A stretch of DNA of 64,000 bases from Craspedostauros australis (lineage: Eukaryota), in NCBI GenBank assembly GCA_030167865.1, contig JALAGF010005068.1, positions 1 to 64,000 of the forward strand, read 5' to 3'. The notes under the pieces were generated by a model. The model did no database searches. It was not told the origin of the DNA and saw only the letters and a program-made list of their open reading frames with translations. A program made the translations under genes and the position numbers. Every line of letters starts with the position of its first letter. The stretch's first letter is position 1. Below, piece after piece: positions 1 to 13,000 of this stretch.

Positions 1-85
1 CCATGTTCACCAACCATGTTCACCACCACCATTCACCACCACCATTCACCACCACCATTCACCATCACCATGCACCACCACCAAT
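1..85. repeat. Imperfect CAC/CAT-rich tandem repeat (unit ~CACCACCACCATT)
   Basis: Repeated caccaccaccattcac units visible at the window start. Confidence 0.7.
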
Positions 86-2589
86 GGCAGCAGAAGAAGC
101 AGCCAGCTGTGTATTGGTGCCTAGTGTGCAGGAGGAATGCTCTGTTACATCCCACACAGCAGTGGGGATGATCAGCTCTCCCTCTCACACTACATTCACC
201 AATTCCCAGGTGACACTGGGATAGGTGGTGAGATAGAGCATGCTGATGAGGAGGCAGAAATTGGAGATAAGCCAATTATAGCGTTGAATGGATTCGATGT
301 CAAATGTAGCAGTACAAGAACAATCATCATTAAACAGTGATTCAGTATCATTAACAACATAGTCTCTTCGTGATGTAGTTGTATTTGCATTTCATCAATG
401 AGTTGCATTTGTGCTTGTTGATACACAGTTGGGTTAGCAAAAGGTGTGTGTGTACAGGTGGTGTTGCTGTGGATTGCCAAGTTGTTGCAGAGTTCGCTCA
501 TTGGGAGCCAAGGTAATGTGCTATTAATGGAGTAAAATGATTCTGGCTAAAATAGTGAATTACCGCTCCCCCAGAAGTTGCCCAGTTTGGAGCACTGCAT
601 TGAGTCCTCCTTGTTTGGGTGACACTCCAACAATGCCCATGGCTCCGAATCCGTTATGATCACTCCTCAACAATCGGATTCTCATTTTCTCATGTGTTCT
701 GTGTACATACGAGGGACAGACTACAAGGGAGTCCGAGTGTGATTCAGGTTAGTTGATTGTAAAGAAACTAAACGAAGGCATTGGGAGATGCGGTAATACA
801 CGGATATCGTGACGTAATTGCACTCTCGATTCGTGACATACCCAAATGTGAAACCATTCAACAATAACACGATGAGAGAAACAAAATATCCCTCACAAGC
901 TCACAGGGAACAAAGTCCATTTTGTGCAAGCTACTCTCGTTTCTCTGGTGCTTGTAGTTGTAGCTTCCACATAATGTAGAATGACTTTGACCCTCCCGGA
1001 TGGGAGAAAGTGGACGATACGAGGCACCTTGCGACCGTCCTCCTGTCTTGTCCATGCCCTCCTGTGATGCTTGGTGCTGTGCCATGCCGTGCTATGCGTC
1101 CATGGCTTTTGATTCAGTGCACTGTGTCGCTGTCCTTGCATTTCTTATCAGCACACAGCTATATTTCACCCAGTATAAACATGATTCGAAGCATTTGTCC
1201 AATCTGCATCCAATCCACTCCATGACATACATGTGACATCATCAATCAATGTGCAGCAGGTGTGCTCCTGAAATCATTACCTCCAAAATTGATACTTTTA
1301 CCGCTTCTCCCACAACAGAAAGAGAACAACCATATCAACAAATTCAATCGTATCACGATCTCACCATCAGAATGAATTGTATGTCTACACTCATCATGGA
1401 ACATTCCACATCCATCACAGCACACTCTACATACATTCATATGTCTTTGCAATCAAATGTGCAGAACAATTCCATGATGAACCAAAGAACATACCATCTG
1501 ATGCAAATAGAAAGGCATCCAATTTGGCACGATCATCAAGAAGCGCGTTTGATCGTGATCCTCATTTCTAGGCTTCTGGTCTGGACTAGGATGGGATTAT
1601 CGCGAACATTGATTCTCCCAACTTCCAAACAACACGGAAATGTGTTGCTTTGCTCTCATTTCCATCTTCATTTCACACTTTCATTTCACACGATATTACA
1701 CGGTCACATGTGTTATTCTTCACACAATCAAAATCATGTATTCTCAAAGTAATTCGATTGCTCACAATCCACAATCATCCCAAAATGCAATCCTAACACT
1801 AATCAAAATCTAATCATATCCCTCATATCATCATCAATCTCATCTTGCACTGTACTGCTGACAAGTAAGTTCAGCATAATCAAAATTCATCTTTCATTTC
1901 TGGTGTGCGTGGTGACACGGCTTTCGAATAGGCTGCAGCCTCCATCAACACAGTACATACCATCCTGCAATCACTGTACTCTGCACCTCGCAAGCATGCT
2001 GCACGCAGGCGACTGTGTGAAGGTGGCACCTCACACGGACTCAAATGACAGGATCCGTGACCTGGGCGTATGTCATGTCAAGTTTCCAATGAAGCTGACT
2101 ATTGAGGGCACTACCATCCAACGCGATGGGCCTCTCGCACGAGGAGAGGTGGCAATGGTCATGGTTTCTCCTGTGATGGGGCGGATCCCAATGTACATTG
2201 TTCGCGAGGTTCTGTGCACACCACACAGCCTCGCTACTGTTGCAAGGGCTTGCAACGCTGGTGGCATACGTATGCCTTCCCTGCTTTCTCCGCATCATCA
2301 CTCCGTCGCTGCCATGCGCGCCAACAACAAGGCTGAGCCCCCACACCATCCCCAGCTACCACGGAATTGCAAGAAGCCAGCATCACTGCTTTTCTTGAGG
2401 TCTCATGTCTGCAGAAGGCAACAACAATTGCCTGTCTCATGAAGCAGATGGCGCAAGGGGCAACAACATAAGGATGGTTGCAAAAGGATGGAGGGCATAG
2501 CAATGATAACCCCACCAATAGAAAGAAGCAACTTGGTATGCAAGACAAGCGAAACTACATTGTTGTCTACATCAATTTGGGCGACATCT

Positions 2590-3240
2590 CAGCCAAGACG
2601 AAATTGATTGCCCACGCTTAGGACGTTGATGTCACCACTGTCACTAGCAACATCAAGAAGTTCTAACAGAACAAGTGGAAACGGAAGAAGTGCAGTTACT
2701 CTGGCAGCAGCATCTTCACGAGCGCCCAGAAACAAAAGGAATGCTTCACACCACGTGCTGCCTTCGCCAAGCAGTTGAGGCTTAAACATCCAGACCAAGT
2801 GTTCAAGTCCAACGACATCTCTTCTGGCTTTGACTGTGCTGCTCCTGAAGAGCTGGCATCTGCAAAAGCCCTGTATGATTCGTGGTTGGAGCACAGTCCT
2901 TTCCTGCGGTATGAGCTCCAGGATGCGTTGTGACGATGCAATGGTGCAATCTCATGGCAGGATGTTGCATTCGAACTAGCAGGAAGCGGCAACATCCAAT
3001 GCATTTGCAAAGACACCATCCAAACATATGTGATGGGATTGGAAGGCAGTGAGCACTGTTCAACGATTATGCTCCCCAAGATCAAAGGAGACACCAAGGT
3101 GAAGCGTGAGATCTGGGCCAAGGACTTCTGTGTGTGTCAGGAATTGGGTGTTCTGAAACATCAAATTGCCGCACCTCCCAATAGTAAGGAGCCTAATGTC
3201 ATGAAATGCTACATTACCGCACGTACCACCTTTGGATCTC
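2590..3240 (+). pseudogene. Possible degenerate N-terminal fragment of a Tc1/mariner-like transposase
   Basis: One + frame reads ...KWKRKKCSYSGSSIFTSAQKQKECFTP...SPFLRYELQDAL*RCNGAISWQDVAFEL...MLPKIKGDTKVKREIWAKDF with in-frame stops. Resemblance to transposase N-termini is by eye only; no DDE domain seen. Confidence 0.3.
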
Positions 3241-3519
3241 TGTGACAGAAAATGTGAGCTGCACACGTCCTGCGGTGGAGAACGCCACGTGCCGAATGCG
3301 AACTGGGCCGTGATGTTCGTAACCTCAATGCAGGAATGCGAATCACATGTGTATGTCGCAGGGGGCAGGGATGTTGAATTCGTGACCAACGTCACGATAC
3401 ACGCAGCTACGGCCCCCATGTCGTAACGAATGAAAAGAGAGTATTCGAGACATGCCGATGTCACGAAGAGTGAGATGGCCTGTGAACGGATCACCGATGA
3501 CAAACCGGCAAAGGATTGG

Positions 3520-3705
3520 TGACATGTCGGTGACATGTCGGTGACATGTCGGAGAAGTGTCAGAGAGGATTGGAGAAGTGTCAGAGGGGATCGGAGAAGT
3601 GTCAGAGAGGATCGGAGAAGTGTCAGAGAGGATCAGAGAAGTGTCAGAGAGGATCGGAGAAGTTTCAGAGAGGATCGGAGAAGTGTCAAAGAGGATCGGA
3701 GATGT
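3520..3705. repeat. Minisatellite: 3 x 11-bp TGACATGTCGG followed by ~7 x 21-bp GTCAGAGAGGATCGGAGAAGT
   Basis: Read directly; produces the periodic ORFs (CQRGSEK)n, (SVREDRR)n and (SDTSPIL)n. Confidence 0.9.
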
Positions 3706-4158
3706 CCCAGGATGAGAATCTGGGATAGCAGTCAAGTAAGCTGTTCACGTGAAGAATGGGAGACTGGGATCCGATCGAATGAACCGAGCCAAGTGATGCT
3801 TGCGACTCGGCGATGTCTAAGCCAACGAAACTATCGGTGGGAGGACAACGTGATGAGTGCACGGGCATGGGGCACTCGGTGGTGCGTGCATGTCCATGAT
3901 GAATTCATAATGAAGGGAAGATGAATGCATGCTAGACCAACAGATGGACCCATGGAGGTCTCAGGAGGAGATTGGACTTTGAAAGATGAGAGCAATGAAG
4001 AGCTCACAGTTCAGAGAAGTAGAGTCTAACAAACAATTAGCTTGCTACTATCATCACCACCCCGGATTTCCAACAGATCAGATCGGAAGATTTTGATCCA
4101 AAACAAGAATTTCTCCCATCGGAGGAAGACACCGTGTTCGGTGATAGTCTGTCCCTAA

Positions 4159-5632
4159 TTGAATCTCAACTCTATTCTTGACTTCCTTCATGATCAAGGG
4201 GCGCCATGGGCCTTCAGGTCAGATGGAGCGAACGAACAAACAAGCATGGAGGTTCAGCGCACACTTCGAAACCTACACGTTGCAATGGAGAACAGCGAAC
4301 CAGAGCAGCAGAACCAGAACCCCAGCAGAGCTTCGCGCTATGAAATGGTTGAAGTACCACACGCTCGTCCTCCTCGATCGAACTGGAGCCCCACCTCGTG
4401 CATGGTTCCTCACCTGCAAGTACTTGGCCAATGTTCATAATGTGATTGCCGATGAATCCAACCGATATGCAATCCCAACAACAGTCAGGCATGACGAAAC
4501 AGTCGATATCTCACCTTCCTGCACTTCACGTTGTATGAGCAGGTATACTACATGGATCCTCACAGCTCTTTCCCAGACCCCAAGGAGCAAGTGGGTTACT
4601 GGATGGGAGTAGCACACTCCTGTGGTGATGCCCTCACGTACTACATCCTCACCGACAAGACACAACGTGTCATCATCCGCAGCGTTGTCCAGCCTGTCCA
4701 CAAGGACACCATCAACAAGTGACTCCAATTCTCACATGAACTCAACCCTCTCGTTGCTCACCCAACACCTGATGTTCCTCTCATGTTCGATGACGAACGC
4801 ATACCAATAAACACCAAGCTCAGAACATTCCGTCGAACCATACGCAGAAAGCCATGAAAGAAGGTACATCGCATCATCATGCAAGAACAGCAACAGCCAT
4901 CATCAAAGAATACAACAATCCCTGTCGCACGAGCGAAGCCATCGCAAACCAAAATTCCCAGCAACATCATCATCCCCACCGACCAACCCACGGCGATACC
5001 ACCAATCAAATCAATATCACCCACATCAACCCTACAACCACACACTGAAAGGTGTCGGAGTACCAGAATACTACCTTGGCAGAAACGTCGAATCACTGGA
5101 TACAGAATGGCAAACTCACAACATCCACACCGCACTGTCAGCCACAACATACATCACGAACTCAACCACCAAACTGGAGAAGATGCTGCAATGCACGTTC
5201 CCACATGCACAAGTCCCCATGTCTGAATCATACCAAACAGAACTTGACAATACTCCTCTGCTCAACTCAACGAATGCAAGCAAACATCGTTCCCTCATCG
5301 GAAGCGCCAACTGGATCATCACACTTGGCCGATACGACATCCAGTTTGCCGTCATGGCAGTATCCCGGTTCAGCATGGCCCCTCGCAAACGTCACATGAG
5401 AGCGATGAAGACAGTATTTGAATACCTCAACCATCGAAAGCAGGAGCGGCTATTCTGCGATCCAAACACACCACTCGTCCATCATACACTTGATGGATAC
5501 TCCAGCCAATGGCAAGAATACTACCCAGAAGCACGTGCAGAGATTCCACATACTGACATCACACCGAAAGGAGCAAAAGCAACACTGACCGTCTACGTCA
5601 ACGCAGACCACGCCCACGATTCCGTCACCAGA
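4159..5632 (+). mobile_element. pol: Degenerate Ty1/copia (CoDi-like) pol remnant: integrase core, RT C-terminus and start of RNase H; RT core missing
   Basis: Frameshifted ORFs with FRSDGANEQ...EPEQQNQNP, GYWMGVAHSCGDALTYYILT, SLIGSANWIITLGRYDIQFAV and YVNADHAHDSVTR, all homologous to the intact pol at 56528-60394; no YxDD segment present. Confidence 0.88.
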
Positions 5633-5806
5633 TGTCAACATCTAGATCAAAATTTAGGCTAACATCACACATTACTGGAACGTGATTCGACTCGATTGAT
5701 AGTACAGTCGAATGAGTCTTGATGATGCGAATGGTGCTCGGGTTCTATTGTCATCAGATATGACGTAGGCACTGATATCAGAGAATGACGTCAGAGGATC
5801 GTCGCT
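5633..5806 (+). repeat. LTR-like fragment (family C), inserted into RNase H of the upstream remnant
   Basis: Starts TGTCAAC exactly where RNase H homology stops (HDSVTR|); similar to 47195-47360. Confidence 0.65.
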
Positions 5807-6708
5807 TGTCGAGATGTACATGTGAGTATATGTCGAGATGTACGTGTATATGTGCATCGTTCACCCGTTATTCTCTCATACGCACTTGGNNNNNNNNNNN
5901 NNNNNNNNNNNNNNNNNNNNNNNNNNNNNNNNNNNNNNNGATGTACGTGTATATGTGCATCGTTCACCCGTTATTCTCTCATACGCACTTGGACGGTATA
6001 ACTATACTCGTGTCGATAGTATAATGTGATTCGTCAGAATTACAGCGGAAATGGAACACACGAAAATGAGCAAGATTTCTGGAGGAAATTTGCAATCGAC
6101 GATTTCTGAGAGAATTAGAACATCGTCCGTCCATCCATCAATGGTACCAAGAGAATCTCGAGGTACTTCCTAACTAAACCTCAGATGACGATATCATCTG
6201 ACAGACTGCTGCATCACCAATGGAACATGACATCTGGAGAGCAGAAGGACGCCTACTGACGTCGACAGGATGTCATCGTGTCACCATGTCGACATCTGTC
6301 TCCAAGTCAGAGCAGGAGGCGAAGATCCGATAACCGAAGGGCATCAGCATCATGGATACTGAAGGTGAACTTCAAATGGTAAGTACTCATGGGGTAGGAG
6401 CCAGTACTGAACGAACGGAGTGTCGAATACGGAGTACGCATCAAACACGGAGCATCGTGTAGCACGAGCACATGATGTCGAGAGAGAGAGAGAGAGAATA
6501 CAGAGAGGAGCGAGAGAGCATCTCGCATACCGACTCATAGTCGGAGACCGAATCTACAAAACAGATTGAAGCATCGAGAGCATCGTGCAAGAGAACGGGT
6601 GTACACCGAGAGGATCGGAGTAGCCAAGTAATGAAATAGCAAACGAACAACTATCAACCAACACCATCTTCCACGATTGTAGGTTACTGTGAGCGGAACT
6701 TGCCAACA
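5807..6708 (+). repeat. LTR (family B), TG...CA, spanning an assembly gap
   Basis: TGTCGAGATG...TTGCCAACA; reverse-complement homolog of 39062-39862; contains a (GA)n tract; ~50 bp duplicated either side of the N gap. Confidence 0.85.
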
Positions 6709-6924
6709 CGCATGCGAATCCATCTCCATCCTCGCCTGGACGCCTCTGGCGTTGTGAGTGTCCTGCGCAGACACCGTCCCGATCCTCCTGGTGCGAACAG
6801 AGGACTGAATCGCAGCAACCTGTAGTTTGTACGCGCGAGACTGATTTGATGATATAATTAGTGCTATCAGACTGTTAATCCAACTGCCGCTCACTATGGC
6901 CATCCACCAATCACGCCACAAATG
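6709..6924 (-). pseudogene. pol: Truncated pol N-terminus (protease motif EMDSHA), cut by the family B LTR
   Basis: In frame with the upstream gag after its TGA; ends ...QARMEMDSHA at the LTR boundary; compare RAELDSHADT in the intact element. Confidence 0.8.
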
Positions 6925-8364
6925 TCAGTTGCCGGAGCCGCTCCTCTTTGAGTCTCTGCCACCGAATGAATTGCCAGCTTGGTCGTTGCGTCCTTGGGAC
7001 TGCTTGGTGAGCTGGTCGACTGTCTGCAACAGGTTTTGCTCACGCTTGCTCTGCTCCTCGCTCGACGTCTTGAGCTGGCTGATCTGTCGTTTGAGCTTCT
7101 TGACCTGGCGTTTGGATGGTGAGTTGGTGCTGCCTGGCCTCCTGCCACGCTGTATTGGGGGTCTGGCCTTCACGATCTCGGCATGATATGGCTTGACCTC
7201 ATCACTGAACCATTGGCTGCGGTCGTACTTCCCAATGTAGATGGAACCATCGGGTGTGATGGCTCCTACAGCGGGAGCAGGACCTTCAGCTGTGTAGCAA
7301 CCAGTCGATGTCGTTTCCGAAACATAGCAGGAGCCCTTCACTGTTGTGGACTGCTCTGGGATCTCTTTTGCAAAACGGAGAAGCACCTCCTTGTAATCAG
7401 GGACAGCTTCACCATATGAGAGCTTGAGGGCGATCTTGAATGGCTGCATGCCTGGTGCCAGGATGGATCCGAAGATGGCATCTACGATGTCTTGGTTGTG
7501 CATGGGGATGTTACACTCTTCAAGGGCGTCCACAGCTCGCTGCAGCTGGGAGGAGAACTTCTCGAAGGAGAAGTTTCTCTCGCTCTGGTAACGCATGGTC
7601 ACGATGGTCTTCTTGGCTGCAGACGCTTGCGCGTCGCAGCTGGCCTTGCTGTCGTAGCGGGCCTGCAGTGCCAGGAAGTCCTTGTGGCCATTGCGCTCGC
7701 GGATGGTGGACCGGATGTAGGTGTAGGCGTCCGAGTCTGGCGCCATGTTCTGCAGGATGACTTGATGCACAGTTGCGGCGTCCTGAATGAACTCCTCACT
7801 GGTGTGAGGTGCCAGGGCCACTGCGTTCTCCTCCCATGCGAGGTTGGAGTCCAAAGTGTCAGCCAGTTTCACTCGTATGACATACCAGACAGGGATGCCT
7901 CGGATACCAATGATGGACCGCAGGATGCTGTCCAGTCCATCGCCCCAGTGCTTCCACTCAAGCGACGACTTCAACAGGATTCCAAATGGCTTCCCGATCA
8001 ATCTGTTGCCCTTTGTGTGTCGATTCTTGGGCTGCTCGATGCGGTCCGTCGCATCCGCGATGCTGTTGAGGAATGTGGCTTGGCTGGTGCCTTCTGCAAA
8101 GGCAAACTCTTGTCGGATCCTGTGTTGGTCATCAACCCAGTGTGCCAGCGATGTCAGCCTCTTCCTGATGGCCCTGTTGATGAGGCTGGCGTTGTCTCCT
8201 TTCGCAAGTGCATCGCAGGCGTCGTCGATGGTCTTCGCTGTCTCGCCTCTCATGGTTGCCAGTCCCAGTGGATCAGGGGCGAAGATGTCCTTGACTGCGT
8301 CTCTGACTGCAGGGACGCGCAGGCCGCACCACTCGAACATCGTCTGTAACGAGATGACTGCCAT
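6925..8364 (-). CDS. gag: Gag-like protein of a CoDi-type Ty1/copia retrotransposon (479 aa)
   Basis: GIRGIPVWYVIR, RNGHKDFLALQARY and FSFEKF align with GALDTPLSYVIR, RNGRAAFIALKEHY and FSFERY of the gag at 60431-61918. Confidence 0.85.
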   Translation of the reverse strand: MAVISLQTMFEWCGLRVPAVRDAVKDIFAPDPLGLATMRGETAKTIDDACDALAKGDNASLINRAIRKRLTSLAHWVDDQHRIRQEFAFAEGTSQATFLNSIADATDRIEQPKNRHTKGNRLIGKPFGILLKSSLEWKHWGDGLDSILRSIIGIRGIPVWYVIRVKLADTLDSNLAWEENAVALAPHTSEEFIQDAATVHQVILQNMAPDSDAYTYIRSTIRERNGHKDFLALQARYDSKASCDAQASAAKKTIVTMRYQSERNFSFEKFSSQLQRAVDALEECNIPMHNQDIVDAIFGSILAPGMQPFKIALKLSYGEAVPDYKEVLLRFAKEIPEQSTTVKGSCYVSETTSTGCYTAEGPAPAVGAITPDGSIYIGKYDRSQWFSDEVKPYHAEIVKARPPIQRGRRPGSTNSPSKRQVKKLKRQISQLKTSSEEQSKREQNLLQTVDQLTKQSQGRNDQAGNSFGGRDSKRSGSGN

Positions 8365-8919
8365 CTTGTTGGTGGAGCGATGTTGGATGCTGCCAACCTG
8401 CTCGCTCGATCCGTTGGTTGATCAACACCAACGTCCCTCTCTCGGTGTTTTCGGGATGCTCGGCGTTCGTAGCTGCGCGCCGTTCCCGTCTCCTCGTCTG
8501 TCTGCGTGTAGCACAGCAGGGAAATGATAAAAAGAATGAATTCTGATGCTTGCAAGCTGGTAGGTGCTGCAAAGGAGAGACCTCAAGACACACAGAAGAC
8601 GATCCTATCTAGCGTTAGTGGCTGTTGTTGTTGTTGCTGCTGCTGTTTCGACCTGTGGTCCTCGAAATTGTGTGTTCTCTCCTGCTGTGACAGGATTCTG
8701 TTGCTGACACATGCTCACGTACGAAACTGCTACACCGTTGGCGCGTAGGAGTCATTGCACAAGACCAGATGACTTCAACGGTCGACGGACAGACGGTGCG
8801 ACCCGTATGATCCCAAAACTCGTTCTCCACGAACAATCCTGTTCTTGGGGCCTGCACACCAATCGCCAACCCACACACAAACAGCTCAAGCGAGTCCCGC
8901 GACCTGTGTGTTCCCACCA

Positions 8920-8992
8920 AAAATGCATTTGGTGTGCAAAAAATGCAATTGAAGTGCATTAAATGCAATTGGAGTGCATTAAATGCACTTTC
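8920..8992. repeat. Imperfect 20-bp tandem repeat AAATGCAATTGRAGTGCATT (~3.5 copies)
   Basis: Read directly; each unit has AATGCA...TGCATT inverted arms. Confidence 0.75.
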
Positions 8993-10087
8993 AGTTGTGC
9001 ATCAGATTGATTCGTGACTTAAACAACTACAGTCACAACGGCGGTCATTGGACACCAATAGACGATCTCGTTAAATGTGATACTTAACGACACGACATTT
9101 ATTGGTCATTATCAGCGAATGCAACGACACAGATTGTTGAGGCAAGACTAATTCGATTAAACAGTCTCTACATATCTCTTTGGTCAAATGAGTCAAATGA
9201 CACACGTTTCAATGGACTTGCCAGGTGTCCCGGTACAGACTGTTGACGCATGTCGGACTTCTCCAGTCCTCCGTCTCGTCTTGTTCGTCAATTTGGGAGA
9301 ACGGTGAGCAGCAATGCGATGTGCCTCCATCATCTCGTGATTCGAATCGGATGGCATGATTGGCTGCACTCTTGTTCACAACATGTGTGAGGCTGGCTGG
9401 CTTGACACTTGCGTTTACTTACAACAAACAATATTCCACCATACCTCCCAATACACAGCTCCATCTTGAGTACCATACTTATGTACCATGAACATGGGTC
9501 ATGTCCAATGATGACTCATATGACCAGTTTCCCTCCAACACAACCCAAGACGAAATGGCGAAATCGCGAGGTCACAACGCGTGACAACACGCAACAACAC
9601 GCGACAACACACAATGCTCTGCGATGTGCGCATTCTGCGCGCGCTTCCTCTGTGAGCGTTGTGGCAACCGTCCACGATGTCGAACCAGCAACAAAGGCAA
9701 CGCTGAAACCACACCAACAACGACGAATGCCAACGGAGAGAGGAAGCAAAGATCCAACCGCCCCGCTCAACACAACGTGCACAGCGTGTCCAAGTGCCAG
9801 ACGTTCTCGGTTGCCACCAAAAGGAGAGAGAGAGAAGCGAAACAGCGCGGAGGCATCATATAATAGAGTACATATTCTATTCTTTAATATAATACATCCC
9901 AACTGCGACGATCTTGATCACAGGCCTCGTCCAGAACTCCCCATCGGTGCCAACACCAAACGTCGCAGCGAGAGAGCAGACATTCAGCCTTTGCATTCGC
10001 CTCATCGATCCAAATCAACGCTGTGCCCCTCATCTGTGATCATCGGACGAGCAGCGCGGACACAAGTGCCACACCGCAGCCAGCAAC

Positions 10088-13000
10088 ATGCCATTCACCG
10101 TCAACGATCCGGTGCACGTCAGCCGCGAATCGCGTCAGCTCGAGGGCGTGGTGGCGTACCTGGGACCAGTGGGCTTCGCGGGCGGAGATGATTGGGTCGG
10201 CATCCGTCTGACGGGGAGCTCCGTCGGTCTGGGCAGGAACGACGGCAGCGTGCAGGGCAAGCCCTACTTCTCCTGCCCCGCGCAATGCGGCCTCTTCGTC
10301 AAGATGTCGGCCGTCACCAAGCGGTCCCTCACCAGGTTGGAGCAGCTGCGTCTGCGTCGCGAGTTGGCGCAGGGCGCTCCCGAAACGCCCAGCCGCGTCC
10401 AGCCCGGCTCTGCCTCTCACCACACGCCGCGTTCCAGCGGCATCGCCACTCCCACCAGCGCGTCCTCCATCCCGGGACGCAGCGGCGAGGGATCGTCCCG
10501 GTTGGAGGAGATCCGACGCCGTCGCGAGGCCTTGCAGCAGGGCGCCAGTGCGGCACCTTCGCCAGCCACCGCTCTCACATCGCAGACCACGTCCACCTCA
10601 ATGTCCACATCCATGTCCACCCCGACATCCACGTTGACATCCACGGCCTCCGATGCGGCAGTCAACACAACCCAGCGAGGCTCGGACTCGCGACAACGCA
10701 GCCTGCAGTCGCAGCTGGGCGACATGGAGCACCAGCTCGAAAAGAAGGATGAGCAGATGAAGAAGCTCGAGAAGGAGCTGTCCGAATCGATCAACAACCT
10801 CAAGGAGAAGGAGGTCAAGGTGGGCGAGATGGAGCTGCAGATCCACCAGCTCCGCGAGGCAGCCGGCGTGCCGCAGGTCGATATCTCCTCACCCCCCATG
10901 GCATCCCGCAACACCAGCACCAACTCATTGGCCGGCGAAGAAGCGCAGGTCATCCAGAAGCAGCTGGAGAACCAGATCCTAGAGCTCAAGACACAGATGG
11001 TCGAGCAGCAGAAGGAGTCCAAGCAGCAGCTAGAGGATCAGGTCAGCCTTTACAACTCCGCGCAGGTCGACCTCACCAAGGCGCACACGGAGGTGGAGCA
11101 GCTCCGCAATGATCTGCAAAGTTTCTCCGAGCAGGCGGAAATCAGAGGATCCTCCGACGCATCCCACTACAAGGAACGTGCAAGGCTCCAGGCCGAGGTC
11201 GCATCCCTCAACCGCAAGGTCGATCTGCTCGAGCTGGAAAAGCAGGAGCTCGACAACAACGTCGAAGAGCTGGCATTGGACAAGGAGCAGCTAGAGGAAG
11301 AGAAAGAGTCCTTGGAGGACCGTCTCGAAGAGCTCAAGCTCGATGCCGAGACGGCCCAGATGGAGGTCGAGGAGCTGCGCCTGGAGCTCGAAGAAGCAAA
11401 GTCGCAGGCCAACCGCGCCACCACGATCATGGAGGCCGCCAGCGGTGAGTCCATCGCCCTCGCCGAGGGCACCAGCGCGTCGCTCGAGGCGCAGGACAGA
11501 GCGCAGGCGCTGCACGTCCAGAACGTCAGGCTCCGTGAAGCGCTCATCCGCCTTCGGGAACAGGCCACCTTGGACAACATGAACCTGTCGCGACAGCTGC
11601 GAACAGCCGAGAAGGAGGCCGAGGAGAAGAAGGACATGTCCACCCTCGTGCAGGACCTCAAGACCAAGTGCGCCGAACTGGAGGAGCAGATCAGCGATCT
11701 CAAGGACATGGTGGAGCAAGGTAGCGCCTACGAGGTCATGGTGGAGGACCTTAGCGACCGCGTGCTGTCCCTCGAGGAGGAGCTCATGGCCTCGCAGGCA
11801 TTCGTCCGTGAGATGGAGGAAACTGCGGACATCGCGGCGGAGATGGAGGAAGTGCAGGCCGACGAATTGAAGGCCCTCAGCCGCGACCTCGAGGATCGTG
11901 ATTCTGTCATCCGCAACCTCGAAGAAGCCATCAAGATGTACGTCATCGATGCCGTTGCTTCATTGTTTGTCAACAAGCTCGTGATGTGTGTCGTACTGTT
12001 GTTGTTGTTGGTGGTGGTGGTGGTAGTGTTGTTGGTGTTGGTGGTGGTGTGTACTCGAAAGGCTTTGCTTGGTTCAGCCACGACTGCTCTACACAACATC
12101 ATACTGGTACCACACTCTCACATTTCACACGTTCACGCACATTTACATTCACTATGGTCTTGCCCATCGATTTTCTTCCGCCCTCTGGTCTCAAATCACG
12201 ACTCTGCAGGCAACGCAAGCGAGAGGATGACTTCCAACGCACCGTCGCCAACTACCGCACCATGATGGAGACGCTGAAGCAGGAGAAGAAAGCGTTGCTG
12301 GAATTGCAACAGGGCGGCGAAGGCGAAAAGAGCGATCTCGTCACGGCATCGCAGAAGGCGCTTGCACGCGCTGCCCAGCTTGTGCAGGATGCAGCGGAGA
12401 TGCGAAAGAGAGAGGCGCAGGCCGCCATCGATCGCATCGACTCGCAGATCCGCATGCATCTTTCGCAACGCCTCGAACGTTTGTTGCCTCCTTCGATTGC
12501 GGCATCCGAAATTGCTTCCATGAAGGGAGAGCTGCTGCTGTCGAAGGTTGTGGGCAAGGCGTCGTTGTCGCTCGATGGAATCTCCAGATCTTTCACCAAG
12601 ACCGTGAAGATGCGTGCCTGGGATTGGCGTGGCGAATCCAAGGAGGAGAGTCCGGAAGACGAGGAGGATATCGCGAACGTGTTCGAGCTGTCTGATGAAG
12701 AGCAGCAGATGGCCGCCACGATGATCCATCAATCCGAGGTGGCACACGTTGCCATCGACATGAGTGGCGATTTGCTGTGGCTCCTGTCTGCCGGCCAATG
12801 GCCTGACATTCTGTCCCCAGAGGCATCGGCAGAGCTTGGTGCCATCATGGGACATTCCATGACCGACCTCGACATGGTCCTCGGCAACGTCCTCAACACT
12901 TTGAAGGAGGAGGGCGTGCTGTCTCCGCACCAGTCCAACATCGGAGCATTCCGCCAAACCGTCATCTCGACGATGCAAACCCTGCGCTCGCACATCGAGC

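Noticed and set aside
3546-3705. 21-bp repeat array as a CRISPR
   Set aside because: Units are directly adjacent with no unique spacers; eukaryotic context and no cas genes
5837-5992. Direct repeat flanking the N run
   Set aside because: Typical unmerged contig overlap at a scaffold gap; single copy in the homologous LTR at 39 kb
7440-8527. Long + strand ORFs antisense to gag
   Set aside because: Shadow ORFs from codon bias; no motifs
11938-12209. Hydrophobic poly-Val/Leu 'transmembrane' tail of ORF 10088-12265
   Set aside because: It is a translated intron with a GTT/GTG microsatellite; splicing joins the two dynactin ORFs
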